Below, in pieces: positions 48,761-60,214 of a stretch of DNA of 64,000 nt. This DNA is from Heterodontus francisci (taxonomy: Eukaryota): the NCBI RefSeq assembly GCF_036365525.1, contig NC_090419.1, positions 930,001 through 994,000 on the forward strand, given 5' to 3'. Position 1 is the first letter of the stretch. Each line of letters opens with the position of its first letter. The position numbers and the translations under genes are program-made. The notes beneath the pieces are model-generated. The model ran no database searches and was not told the origin of the DNA. It saw only the letters and a list, made by a program, of their open reading frames with translations.

Positions 48761-50665
48761 CATGGCATCTGCTAACCTCCACACCACCAATATTTCGTGC
48801 TGCTCGATGTACTACACTTTCACACACATTCTAACTATGCCAGCCGGACACCTACCTCTCACTAGTTCCACATGCCTCCAGTTAGTCACCAAAACTGTGC
48901 AAAACAAACACTGATATTATTCCCTCTCGCCTGCAGGGCAAAGTGGCCTATAATAGGAGGCAGCCAGAATGAACCAATGGGGGTCAAGCATAACTTCATC
49001 CCCGAGCATGAGGGAGGAGATGGTTCTCTGCATTCTGAGGCCAGCTGTAATAGAGCACGTAACACTCAGCATCACCGAGAGCATTCAGGATGACGCCATG
49101 TTCCTGCATTATGCACTTCTAAAGCCCCAGCTCACCTTCATTCTGGCATCTTGAATGATGTGCAAGTTGCCGATAGTAGAAGCATGAATATTTTGCTTCC
49201 TATCCCCAGTTCCTCACACCAGCCCTTCCCTTCTGAATTTATTATTTTCATTGACAATCCAAAACTGTCATGTTCCGAGCTGCATGAGCTCCAGGAGTCC
49301 GAAAGACAGAGAGATAGATAGATTGAGAGAGACTAAGTGACAGAGAGAGACAGAGGGAGAGAGAGAGAGAGAGCAATAACACAACACTGATGATGAAGCC
49401 CCGTCAATTTGTCTGATGCTCTCAGCCATCAACTCAAATTGCATGTTCCTTAGAGGCTAGTATAGAGTTTGAATCTTCACGTGGTGTGGGACAGAGCACA
49501 AGTGGTGTGCAGACAGGCCGGAAGGAATGTATAGCTCGTGGGCCACTTCATCAGGGGACGATATCACCAGCGAATTTTAATACATGGGACTCAGGTGAGA
49601 AAAAAAAACATCTGCTGTAGCTAAACAGGAGCATGGAGGTGTCCAACTCCAATGTGGCACAGGACATTGTTGTTGAGCCTATGCTCAGCTGATCCAAAAT
49701 GTACCTCAAAAGCTGCTGAATCGCCTTTCCTAGTATGGAGGACCACCTGGGGCACGCTGGAAGTGAACAGCAGCATGCCCTGCACCATTAGATGTGTTTA
49801 CAGCTTTATAGCACTGACACCAGTGGATCTCCAGAGCCACAAATTGCGGCCAGGCTGAGATACAGAGGAATCGAAATGTTCTTTACAAAACGAATTAGAT
49901 AACGAGTGAAAGGAAACAAGCTGCAGGAATATGGGAATGGGAGTAACTGAAGGGTTGAGGCCATGGAAGCGGGTGAAAATATTAGAATTAAGGGATTTCC
50001 AGAGTGGAAACCTATGTAGTTCAGTGAGCATGGGGTTTTGAATGGGATTTGGCGCTAGTTAGGATATGGGCAGCAGCTTTGGATGAGTTTTGGTCTATTA
50101 AATGTTGCAAATGAAGGGTGGAACATTAGGGCAACCGAGTCTGGATTTGACAGAGGCACAAATGAGGGTTTATATTGCAGATGGGTGGAGGCAGAGGGCA
50201 ATATTATGGAGGTGGTCGTCAGCATGATGGGTGAGGGAGAGAATGTTGAATCAGAACTCAGCTCAGGGTGAAAGAGTCCGTGAGTTTGTGAACAGTCAGG
50301 GTCAGCCTCAGACAACAGCCTGAGTGGGGAATAGATTCGGTAGACACGGTGCAGCGTTGGTTTTGGGAACTGAAGTTAATTTCATTTTTTCCAATGTTGA
50401 CATGACAAGAGCACTAGTATAGTGATATAAGATGTATCGATTTAATAGCTGGATATAGCGAATTACCAGGGACCCCAGAAACAGCAAAAATGAAAGAGCA
50501 AATTACCTCTGCAGTCATAAAGTTAGAAATGATTTATTGCTCTAATAGCTGCATACAAGGTCTTACCAAAAATACCAACTGCAACAAAGTGAGAGAATAA
50601 GTGACAAAAGCAGTAACATGGTTAAACCTTGTTTATAGAATTAATATCTGAATTGAAAGACTTAC

Positions 50666-50867
50666 TAGGGACACCGATGATAGCAAGGATGGGATAGTAA
50701 CTGTACTGAATCATTTTCAGTCCGAAATAGATCCGTCGATCTAATGATCGCCGATCATCATCTTCAGTAAATAGGTGAAACCAAACCAATATATTCCTGA
50801 CTACTGTTGTTCCATTCCAATCTATGGTTCTCAGCTTCTGATCCATCATTGTAACATTCCAATCCAT
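50666..50867 (-). pseudogene. GPR139-like GPCR copy C, exon 1 (intact frame)
   Basis: MDWNVTMMDQKLRTIDWNGTT...IQYSYYPILAIIGVP, followed by donor CCTA|GTAAG on the minus strand (GT = plus 50665-50664). Confidence 0.75.
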
Positions 50868-50959
50868 TGTTTTGAAATTCCAGTCTATCCTCTCCCTCTC
50901 TCTGGAGCCGCAATCCCCGTTAGTGCTAGAGGTGATGTTCACGCTGACACATTGAAATA

Positions 50960-51070
50960 AGTCCCTTACTAATAGAAGTGGGAAATCCTCCAGTGACACA
51001 ATGACTTGCCCGCAGAGATTGACATTAATTCCAGTCACTGAACAAACAGGTTTAGTTAACCCCTTTCAAT
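50960..51070 (-). promoter_or_regulatory. Conserved upstream block of copy C (putative promoter)
   Basis: Same motif order as upstream of copy B, on the minus strand. Confidence 0.5.
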
Positions 51071-51099
51071 TCAAAACCTTTTCTTTAATTTTATTAAGT

Positions 51100-53125
51100 C
51101 GAACTTTTATGCAATATGCTTGGGATGTATGAAGGTTGCTGAGGGAAAGAATGGTGGAAATTGCAGTGACACTGTGATAATCTTTCAATCACCTTTTGGC
51201 AATGGAAGAGGTGCCAGAAGGCAGTGATTTACCAATGTTAAACCCTTTTTAGAAAAAAAACTGTATTAGGTAAACCCCATAACAAGGATAAATGGGTCTT
51301 TTTCTGAATGGCATGCAGTGACTGGTGGGGTACTGCAAGGATCGGTGCTGGGACCCTAGCTATTCACAATATGCAAAAATGATTTAGATCCAGGAACTAA
51401 ATGTAATATCTCCAAATTTGCAGATGACACAAAACTGAGTGGGAGGGTGAGTTGTGAGGAGGATGCAGAGAGGCTTCAGGATGATTTGGACAAGTTGAGT
51501 GAGTGGTCTGATGCGTGGTAGATGCAGTATAATGTGGATAAATGTGAGGTTATCCACTTTGGTAGCAAAAACAAGAAGGCAGATTATTACCTGAATGGCT
51601 ATAAACTGAGAGAGGGGAATACACAACGAGATCTGGGTGTTATCATACACAGTCGCTGAAGGTAAGCATGCAGGTGCAACAGGTGGTAAAAAAGGCAAAT
51701 AGTATGCTGGCCTTCATAGCGAGATGATTCAAGTACAGGAGCAGGGATCACTTGCTGCAGCTACACAGCGCCTTGGTGAGGCCACATCTGGAATATTGTG
51801 GGCAGTTTGCGTATCCTTATCTGAGGAATGATGTTCTTGCTATAGAGGGAGTGCAGCAAAGTTTTACCAGACTGATTCCTGGGATGGCGGGAGTGACGTA
51901 TGAGGAGATATTGAGTCGGTTCGGATTATATTCGCTGGAGCTCAGAAGAGTGAGAGGGGATCTCATAGCAACTTATAAAATTCTAGAAGGGGGGATTTCA
52001 GATATCTGGAGCATTGGGATCGCGTCAGGGACAGATGGGACCTGTACAAGACGGACGGGTTGCTTCTAAACTGGAGGGGCACAAATATCCTGGCTGCGAG
52101 GTTTGCTAGCGTCACTCGGGAGGGTTTCAACTCATGTGGCAGGAGGGTGTGAACCAGAGCAGGTAAATAAGGCCAGTAAGACTAAGAGGAAAAGCAGGCA
52201 TGGGGATGTTGCGGGCTGGTGGGCTGAAGTGAATTTGTTTCAATGCGAGAAGCATAACAGGTAAGGCAGGTGAACTTAGAGCTTGGATCAGTACTTGGAA
52301 CTATGAAGTCGTTTCTATTTCAGAGACTCGGTTGCGAGAAGGACAGGATTGGCAGCTAAATATTCAAGGATTTAGAATCATCAGGCGGGATACAGGGGGA
52401 TGTAAAAGGAGTGGGGGAGTTGCATTACTTGTTAAGGAGAGTATCACAGCTGTACTGCAGGTGGACACCTCGGAGGCGTCGTGCAGCGAGGCAATATGGG
52501 TGGAGCTCAGGAATAGGAAGGGTGCAGTCACGATGTTGGGGGTTTTCTACAGTCCTCCCAACAGCCAGCGGGAGGTCGACAGATATTTGAACAGAATTTG
52601 GAAAGATGTAAAGGTGAGTAATTTTAACTTCCCCTATATTGACTGGGACTCACTTAGTGCTGGGGGCTTGGATGGGGCAGGATCTGTATGGAGCATCCAG
52701 GAGGGCTTCTTGAAACAATATGTAGATAATCCAACGAGGGATGGGGCCGTACTAGACCTGGTATTGGGGAATGAGCCCAGCCAGGTGGTCGACTTTCAAT
52801 AGGGGAGCATTTCGGGAACAGTGACCATAATTCCATAAGTTTTAAGGTACTTGTGGATAAGGGTAAGAGTAGTCCTTGGGTGAAGGTGCTAAATTGGGGG
52901 AAGGCTAATTATAATAATATTAGGCAGGAACTGAGGAATTTAGATTGGGGGCGGCTGTTTGAGGGTAAATCAACATCTGACATGTGGGAGTCTTTCAAAC
53001 ATCAGATATATTGAATCCAGGACCAGCACGTTCCTGTGAGGAAGAAGGATAAGTTTGACAAGTTTCAGGAACCTTGGATAACACGGGATATTGTGAGCCT
53101 AGTCAAAAGGAAAAAGGAGGCATTC
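51100..53125 (+). mobile_element. Two fused CR1 fragments (RT 51100-51985; ORF1 end plus EN 51985-53125)
   Basis: KFADDTKL, ALVRPHLEY; GQDWQLNIQGF, EAIWVELRNRKG. Confidence 0.8.
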
Positions 53126-53127
53126 TA

Positions 53128-53232
53128 AATATCCCGCAGGAACAGACTCCCATCGAAATACATCCCCAGGAACAGACTCCCATCGAAATAACCCCCCGGG
53201 AGCAGACTCCCAACTGAATACCGCCCCGGGGA
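53128..53232 (+). repeat. 30-bp tandem repeat, ~3.5 copies
   Basis: AAATA..CCCCAGGAACAGACTCCCATCG units. Confidence 0.8.
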
Positions 53233-53239
53233 TGACCAT

Positions 53240-54010
53240 CCCTCCATCGTAAGATCAGAATTAGTGATGTTGACTGATGATTTCAGTTTTCCACACTATT
53301 CACAACTCCTTAGATACTAAAGCAGCCCATGTCCAGATGCAACAAGAATTGGACAACATCCAGGCTTGAGTGAATTCGAACCACACAATTGCCAGGCAAT
53401 GACCATCTCAAACAAGAGAGAATCTAACCCCTTGAAGTTCACTGGCATTACCATCACTGAATTCCACACTATCAACATCCTGGTCTTACCATTAATCAGA
53501 AACTGACCTGACGAACCACAAAAATGCCAAAGCAGGTCAGAGGTGGGGAATCTTGCAGTGAATAACTCAACTCATGATTCCTCAATGCCTGTCCATCATC
53601 TACAAGGCACAAATCAGGAGTGTGATGGAATACACTGCACGAGCCTGGATGAGAGCAGATCCAACAACACACAAGAAACTCGGCACCACCCAGGACAAAG
53701 CAGCCCTTTTGACTGGAAGCCCACTTACCACCTGCAACATTCACTCTGTTCACTACTGATGTACAGTGGCAACAGTCTGTACCATCGACAAGTAGCATTG
53801 CAGAAACTCATCAAGGCTCCTTAGGCAACAGCTTCCACCTAAAAGGGCAAGGGCAGAACATGTTTCCCTTCAAGCCACACACCATTCTGACTTGGAACGA
53901 TATCACTGTTCCTTCACTGCCGCTGGGTGAAATTCCTGGAACGCCCTTCCTAACACGTGTACCTGAACACCAGCACTTCAGCAGGCCAAGAAGGCCACTC
54001 ACGGGTCACG
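53240..54010 (+). mobile_element. CR1/L2-clade LINE 3' part
   Basis: IYKAQIRSVMEY, KKLGTTQDKAA. Confidence 0.75.
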
Positions 54011-54034
54011 GATGAATAAAATAAGCTGTTGAGT

Positions 54035-54315
54035 AGGGTTTTAAAGTGTTATGAATTTAATTGAGTGTTATAAAAGATGATAAAGAGTACAATGTTTGCA
54101 GTCGATTATAAAAACAATACCAAAGTTCATGAAAGATTACTAAGTGTCATATCTTGTTATAAACGTGTTTATATTATTATGAAGGATGATAAAGTTGATG
54201 AAGTTTCAAAGGATTATAAGGTGTTATAAAGGATGATGAATGGTTACCGAGCATCACAAATATTATAACATTCTATTAAAAACTATAATCAATCAGAAAA
54301 AAATGGTTATAAAGG
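54035..54315 (-). repeat. 10-bp-periodic AT-rich array 3' of copy D
   Basis: Repeating TTATAAAGGA-like units on plus. Confidence 0.6.
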
Positions 54316-54519
54316 AGTACAAAGAATCCAGGCTCAGTCTTCACACCATCTTCGGTCTTCTTGGTTTTGTTGTTCTTTATGTTGCTATCCTGGTCAGGAT
54401 GGAGATCACCAATGGACAGGGCTGCTGGTGGTGCTTTTCCCTTATGCTTTCCACTGCATCATTGGCTGTGCATGGTGGGCGAGGCTGGAGAACCTCAGGC
54501 GCTGCCACCGTCCATTGTG

Positions 54520-55260
54520 CCATTGCCATGTGGAACAGCCTCTGCTACCAATTCACAGTCACCATAGGGAACAGACCCCACCCAATCCCAGTCACAATGA
54601 TGAAGAGACCCTGCTCCCACACATCCGCTGTGATGTGCAACAGGCACCGCCCATAATCTCCTGTCAACATGGGGACCAGGCACCGACTCTCTCTTCATTG
54701 AGCAGGGCAACAGGCCTCGGCAAATCCCAGTCACCACGGGGAACTCCGCAAAGCTTCATTCCCCCGGCCACCATGGGTAACAGGTCCCCTCCCCACTCAA
54801 TTTCCACCATGGGAAAGAAGCCCTACCACCACACCCCACCCACTAATAGAACAGGCTCTGCCGCCACTCCATCATAACCATGCCGAGCAGGCCTCACCGC
54901 TCCCCCCCTCCCCCCGCCCTCCCCCGGCTGTATCCATGGAGAATGGACCCTGCTACAAGTCCCTCATCACTATAGCGACTTCCCACAGCTCCCAATTATC
55001 CGTTACACTGGGGAACAGGCGCTGCCCACCCTGAGACGTCACCATGGGGGACAGGCCAAACTGCTTCTTCAACAAGGTGAACAGGGCACTCCCAGCACTC
55101 TCATCATAGAGAGACAAACCGCAACTGCTCCATCACCTTGGTGGAAGAACATGACCCTGCTCTGTCACCAAAGTAACGGGCCCCACCCCTAGCTCTGGCA
55201 CTACAGCGGTTGCCTCCACCCTCGATCTGGCACCATGGCAGCAGACTCTGGCAATGGTTG
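54520..55260 (-). repeat. Degenerate GC-rich ~35 bp tandem array 3' of copy D
   Basis: Recurring TCACCATGGGGAACAGG-like units on plus, the reverse complement of the copy B array. Confidence 0.7.
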
Positions 55261-55320
55261 GTGGAAGTGTGAAAGAAAATGACAAGCTGCTGGAAATAAC
55301 CAGTCATTTCTTTATTTAAT

Positions 55321-56210
55321 TCATAGAACAATTTGAGAAAAGGGATATGTCAGCACATTCTTCAACTGCTCTCTGAACTGAGTCTGGGTCAGTGCATAAA
55401 TCGTTGTGTTTGTGCAGCAACTCAGGAGCTGCAGCATGAAACCCAATTGTATCAGAGAAACAGGTACTGATGGAGCCGCCGGCTCCAAATCCTGTATTCT
55501 TTGCCACATCGTATTCACCATTAACACAGCCCATAAGAGTATGAAATTGGCCGAGATAACGAGCAGCAAAATTATGGATTTCCTTCGATTCTCCAGCTCT
55601 GGGTCTCTGCGACACTCCCTACTGCTGTGGGCTCGGAGTCTCCTGCGACCTCTGCTGCTCACAAAAATGTGTCGGATGGTGAAAGCATTGAGCAGCAGAA
55701 TCACCACAAATGGGACACAAGGGGTTAGAATGTGATGGAGGAGCTCGATTGTTGCCCAGACATGAGAGAAATAAACATACATATTTGCATAACAAAACCA
55801 GGGTCTGTTCGCCTTCGAGTACCAACCTGTCAACATAAAATACCAGAAAATGTTCTTTAAGCAGCTCAGCACATTCACAGTTCCCAGAACCACAGCCGCC
55901 GTTTTCTCGGTGCAATATTTAATTTTCAGCTTCTGGCAGCAAATGGCCACAAATCGATCAAAGGTGAAGGTGACCGTAAACCAAACAGAGCAGTCTGTAG
56001 CTGCATGAAGCAGGACAGCGTGGATATTACACATGCGTACGGTCAACAGGAATTGAAACTGTCTTGGATAAACAATGGGAATGTGCCTCAATATAAGGTC
56101 GAGGATAATGACGAGTAGATCCACCGCTGCCATGGCCACTAAGTAGCGAGTGACACATTTGGAGAGACCGCACTTTCCCCGAGACAGGATCACAATTGTC
56201 ATCAAGTTAA
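55321..56210 (-). CDS. GPR139-like GPCR copy D, exon 2; spliced protein ~384 aa from ATG 59962
   Basis: Acceptor TTCCTCACAG|TT (plus 56212-56211); intact 7TM frame with DRF, PWFC, NTTIY; stop at 55321-55323. Confidence 0.9.
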
Positions 56211-57004
56211 CTGTGAGGAAGTGCAACAAACCAAGAAATTATACATCAGGCTGCTCGCAAAGTTAACATTTTTGACTGAATACATATCGAGAGTTACAGA
56301 TGTGTTCCTGTGCCCAATGATGCATTTAAATGGGTATAAGTAAAAAAAAAAACTGAATGGTTCTTATTGGCTGGAAGGCGGAAGAGATTAAATTGGAAAG
56401 GGGTTATGCTGAACTGAAATTGCTGAACTCAGTATTGATCAAAATCCTGCAATCCCTCCTTTCCCATGCCGAGTTTAAAAGCAGTCCAAGTTCCAGCGAA
56501 TTTCACTGATCTAAAACACATTTTCCTGTTTCTTTCTCCACAGATGCTGCCAGCCCTGTCGAGTCGTTTCATCATTTTCTGTTATTATTCCAGATTTGTG
56601 GCTTCTGCAGCAATCTTGTACATAAAGTTAAATGTTGGACTGACTGAGAGATTCCTTCAACAGTGACAGGCAGCATATAATTCACTTATTCCAAAACAAT
56701 TATTGGACATGAGTCCACTAAAAAAAAAATCAAAGAAACAATTAATCCGAATTGTCGCTAAATTAACTGTAAACTGGGGAGTAAAAATAACAGTTGAAAG
56801 GAGTTTAGTATGACATTTGAGCATCAGTGATCACTGTCAGTGGCGGACCTTCTTTAGTTCCTGTGACAGAGCGGTCTGTTGGAGATAGGGTTTAAATGAA
56901 ATAATCCTGATTTGTTTAGGAAATAGAGTTAAAATATGGATTGAATGTGGAATCAGGAATGGATTAATGGGAAATAAAATAGCAGTATTAAATTAAACAT
57001 AAAC

Positions 57005-57600
57005 ACGATCGATGCTGGGACCCCTGCTGCTTGTACTGCACATTAATGTTTTAGATGTGAATATAGGAGGTATGATCAATAATTTCAAAGATGACACGAA
57101 TATTGGTGGTGTCATAAATAATGAGGAGGAAAGCCTTAGATTGCAGGACGATATAAATGGGCTGGTAAGATGGGCAGAGCAGTGGAAAATGTAATTTAAT
57201 CCTGAGAAGTGTGAGGTGATGCAACTTGGGGGAACAAAAAAGACAATGGAATATACAATGGGTGGTAGGACCCTCGGAAGTACAGAGGGTCAGGGGGACC
57301 TTGGTGTACTTGTCCATAGATCACTGAAGGCAGCAGCATAGGTAGATAAGGTGGTTAGGAAGGCATATGGGATAATTGCTGAGGCATAGAATATAAGAGC
57401 AGGGAGGTTATGATGGAGCTGTCTAAAACACGAGATAAGCCACAGCTGGAGTACTGTGTACAGTTCTGGGCACCACACTATCGGAAGGATGTGACTGCAC
57501 TGGAGTGGGAGCAGAGGAGATTCACCAGGATGTTGCCTGGGCTGGAGCATTTCAGCTGTGAAGAGAGACTGGATAGGCTAGAGTTGTTGTCCTTAGAGCT
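57005..57600 (+). mobile_element. CR1 RT fragment in intron of copy D
   Basis: LGPLL..FKDDT, PQLEYCVQFWAPHY. Confidence 0.85.
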
Positions 57601-58059
57601 ACTTCACGATAAAACATCCACAATGTATTAACCATTGAACTCAAGCTTGTCTTGTAACGTATTGCTGCCAAAACAATAAAACAATTAATGACTTCAAAAG
57701 GAAATTGGTTGGCCACTTGAAGGAAATAGACCTGCAGGGCTATAGGAATTGAATGGGGCAGTGGGGACAGACTGATTAGCTCTGTGGAGAGCCGGCATGG
57801 AGTCGATGGGCCGACAACTCTGCTTTTGTGCAGTAAAATATACTATCACTCAATGACAGCATAGCATTCTCCCTCGATAAGCAACATTCTGGTTCGCTCT
57901 GGAGATGCAAAGATGGTGAGAATGGCTGACTGCCTCAGATTGAAGCTGCTGTCGCTACTGCCAGGATAGTGAACCTTCAGCAACTTTCAGCAACGTTTGC
58001 ACAGTCACAAATCAAGTGCACATTAATCGAAAAGAGTTGTTCATTTCCTTTACCACTCC

Positions 58060-58560
58060 TCTTTGACATTGGATTCCGCAGAGCCACATGAACCATCTGG
58101 AACTCCACTGCTTTCGCAAAACCATGGGATCTCTTATCCTGTATTCTCTGTGAGGGAGAAAACGATGTTTTCTTTTCACCTGGCCTGGATGCCCTCTGTC
58201 ATCTCCCGAATGCATCCATGTACACACATTGGGATGTGTTGGATATGTTGCTCCCCCACCGCCTGGAAAGTTGTCTATGCAGAGAATGGTCTTATCTGCC
58301 ACTGACAGCTCTGTCTTGGCTTTGGTGTGAGACTCCAGACTATGTTGATGGAGGCTGCACATCTCTGTGACCACCTCCTTGTTGAATCGGAGTTACCACG
58401 TGTACAAATCTTGCATTAGGTGTTGGTAGGAAACGTGCTCTTGAAAATCTCGGGTTGTCCAGCGCAGATTCCGCCAATGCCTTCCTCTTCGCAGAGCTTT
58501 CCTTTTCTGCAGCTTCTGCTCCATTTCTTGTCGATCAATATGCGCTGTTAATGCAGTCTC
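58060..58560 (-). mobile_element. PIF/Harbinger (HARBI1-like) transposase remnant
   Basis: Minus-strand LRFNKEVVTEMCSL..TELSVADK and GFAKAVEFQMVHVALRNP resemble Harbinger DDE transposase N-terminal motifs (from recall). Confidence 0.55.
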
Positions 58561-59697
58561 CATATTTCATCCAGAGTTGGGTGAACACTTCCTCAGCCCT
58601 CCCTAATTGTATGCAGCAGTTCACAAACTCAACCTCCAGAAAACAATCTGCAGCACCTTAAATAACTTGGCATTAGCAGAGGGAATTCAATAGCTCCTCA
58701 CCTTTCAGGGCATTTAAGTGGTCATTGGATAGACATATGGATGAAAATGGAATAGTGTAGGACAGATGGTTTCACAGGTCGGCGCAACATCGAGGGCTGA
58801 AGGGCCTGTACTGCGCTGCAATGTTCTAATTCTAATTCGTATTAGCATGGATGCCTGGAACATGCAGAGACAGACCAAATTTCAAAGAAGTGCGTCAAGG
58901 TTGTTGGAGGACCCTGCCCAACACGGATAACCACACGGGATATGCCAGGTGTGGCTGGCAGCTTGTCCTGCACCATATTGTGTTTTATAATCTTTGCAGC
59001 ACCAGCAAAATAGATTCATCCTTCTGTGAAGCCCAGAATCATGGCCATGGAGAGATACAGATGAAAAGAAGTAATCTTTCAAAAGACATTTGCGATAAAT
59101 ACTGAAAAGGAACAACTCACAGGGATATGGGAAATGGACAGAGGTTTTAGGAGTAATAGGAGGGGCGAGGACATGGAGGGGTTCAAACACAAGGATGGGA
59201 ATAGGAAAATTGAGGTGCTGCTAGACCAGGAACCAATGCATTTCGCTGAGAACATGTGGATGGGTGCATGTTGTTTGGTGTGATTTAGTATTAGTGACTT
59301 GAATCTCCTGTGGTGTAAGAGAGGTTGTACCTGTGAATCTCACCAGTATAGTTTTGGAATAGGCGAATCTGGATTTAAGAAAAGCAATGATAAGGGTTTA
59401 TACAACGGATGGGCTGAGGTAGATTGCGATATTTTGCAGGTGGTAGGATTCAGTATTGATAGCGGCGATAATATGTGATTTGAAGTCAGCTGAGGATCAA
59501 AATGATTGCCCAGGTTGCAAACAGTTGCTCCAGCCTCAGATATTGTCAAGTGAGGGGGATTGAGTCTTTGGTTAGCATGTTGACTTTGTACCAGGAATCA
59601 AAGAAATGGCTTCCATTTCCTCAATATTTAAACAACAAAGATTTGTAATAGAATGAATCATGGTTTATAGATATAATAACTGGACTGAGAGACTTAC

Positions 59698-59962
59698 CAG
59701 GGACACCAATTATAGCAAGGATGGGATAGTAAATGTGTTGAATAATCACAAGTGCATATTTGATCCGGAATTCTAATGTTAGCCAATGATAATATGCAGA
59801 AAGAAAATAAAACAAATAGGTTATACTTCTGCTCATTGCTGCCGTATTCCAATCTTCCATTCTCAGATTCTGATCAACTGTTGTAACTTTCCAGACTTCT
59901 GATCCCAGATTCGGGTCCATTGTTGTCGCATTCCAGTCCATTGTTCCCAGATCCTGGCCCAT
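59698..59962 (-). CDS. GPR139-like GPCR copy D, exon 1; start uncertain (in-frame ATGs at 60082, 59962 and downstream)
   Basis: MGQDLGTMDWNATTM...IIQHIYYPILAIIGVP; donor CCTG|GTAAGT on the minus strand (GT = plus 59697-59696). Confidence 0.8.
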
Positions 59963-60089
59963 TGTCGCAATAATCCAAAATATTCTTCTCAGATTCTGAC
60001 CTATCCTCTCCCTCTCTCTGTAGCCACTGAACCCTGTTATCACCGGGGATGATGCTAACGTTGACACAATGGGATAACACATTGCAAAG

Positions 60090-60200
60090 AGTCCTTTATT
60101 AATGGAACAAGGAATCCCCCCAGTGACACAATTAGTGACAATGGAGACAGATATTAATTACAGTCACTGAACAAACAAGTTCAGTTAATCTCTTTCAACG
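60090..60200 (-). promoter_or_regulatory. Conserved upstream block of copy D (putative promoter)
   Basis: Same motif order as upstream of copy B, on the minus strand. Confidence 0.55.
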
Positions 60201-60214
60201 CAACACATTTTCAT

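Noticed and set aside
53128-53232. 30-bp direct repeats as a CRISPR-like array
   Set aside because: Head-to-tail with no unique spacers, eukaryotic context, no cas genes.
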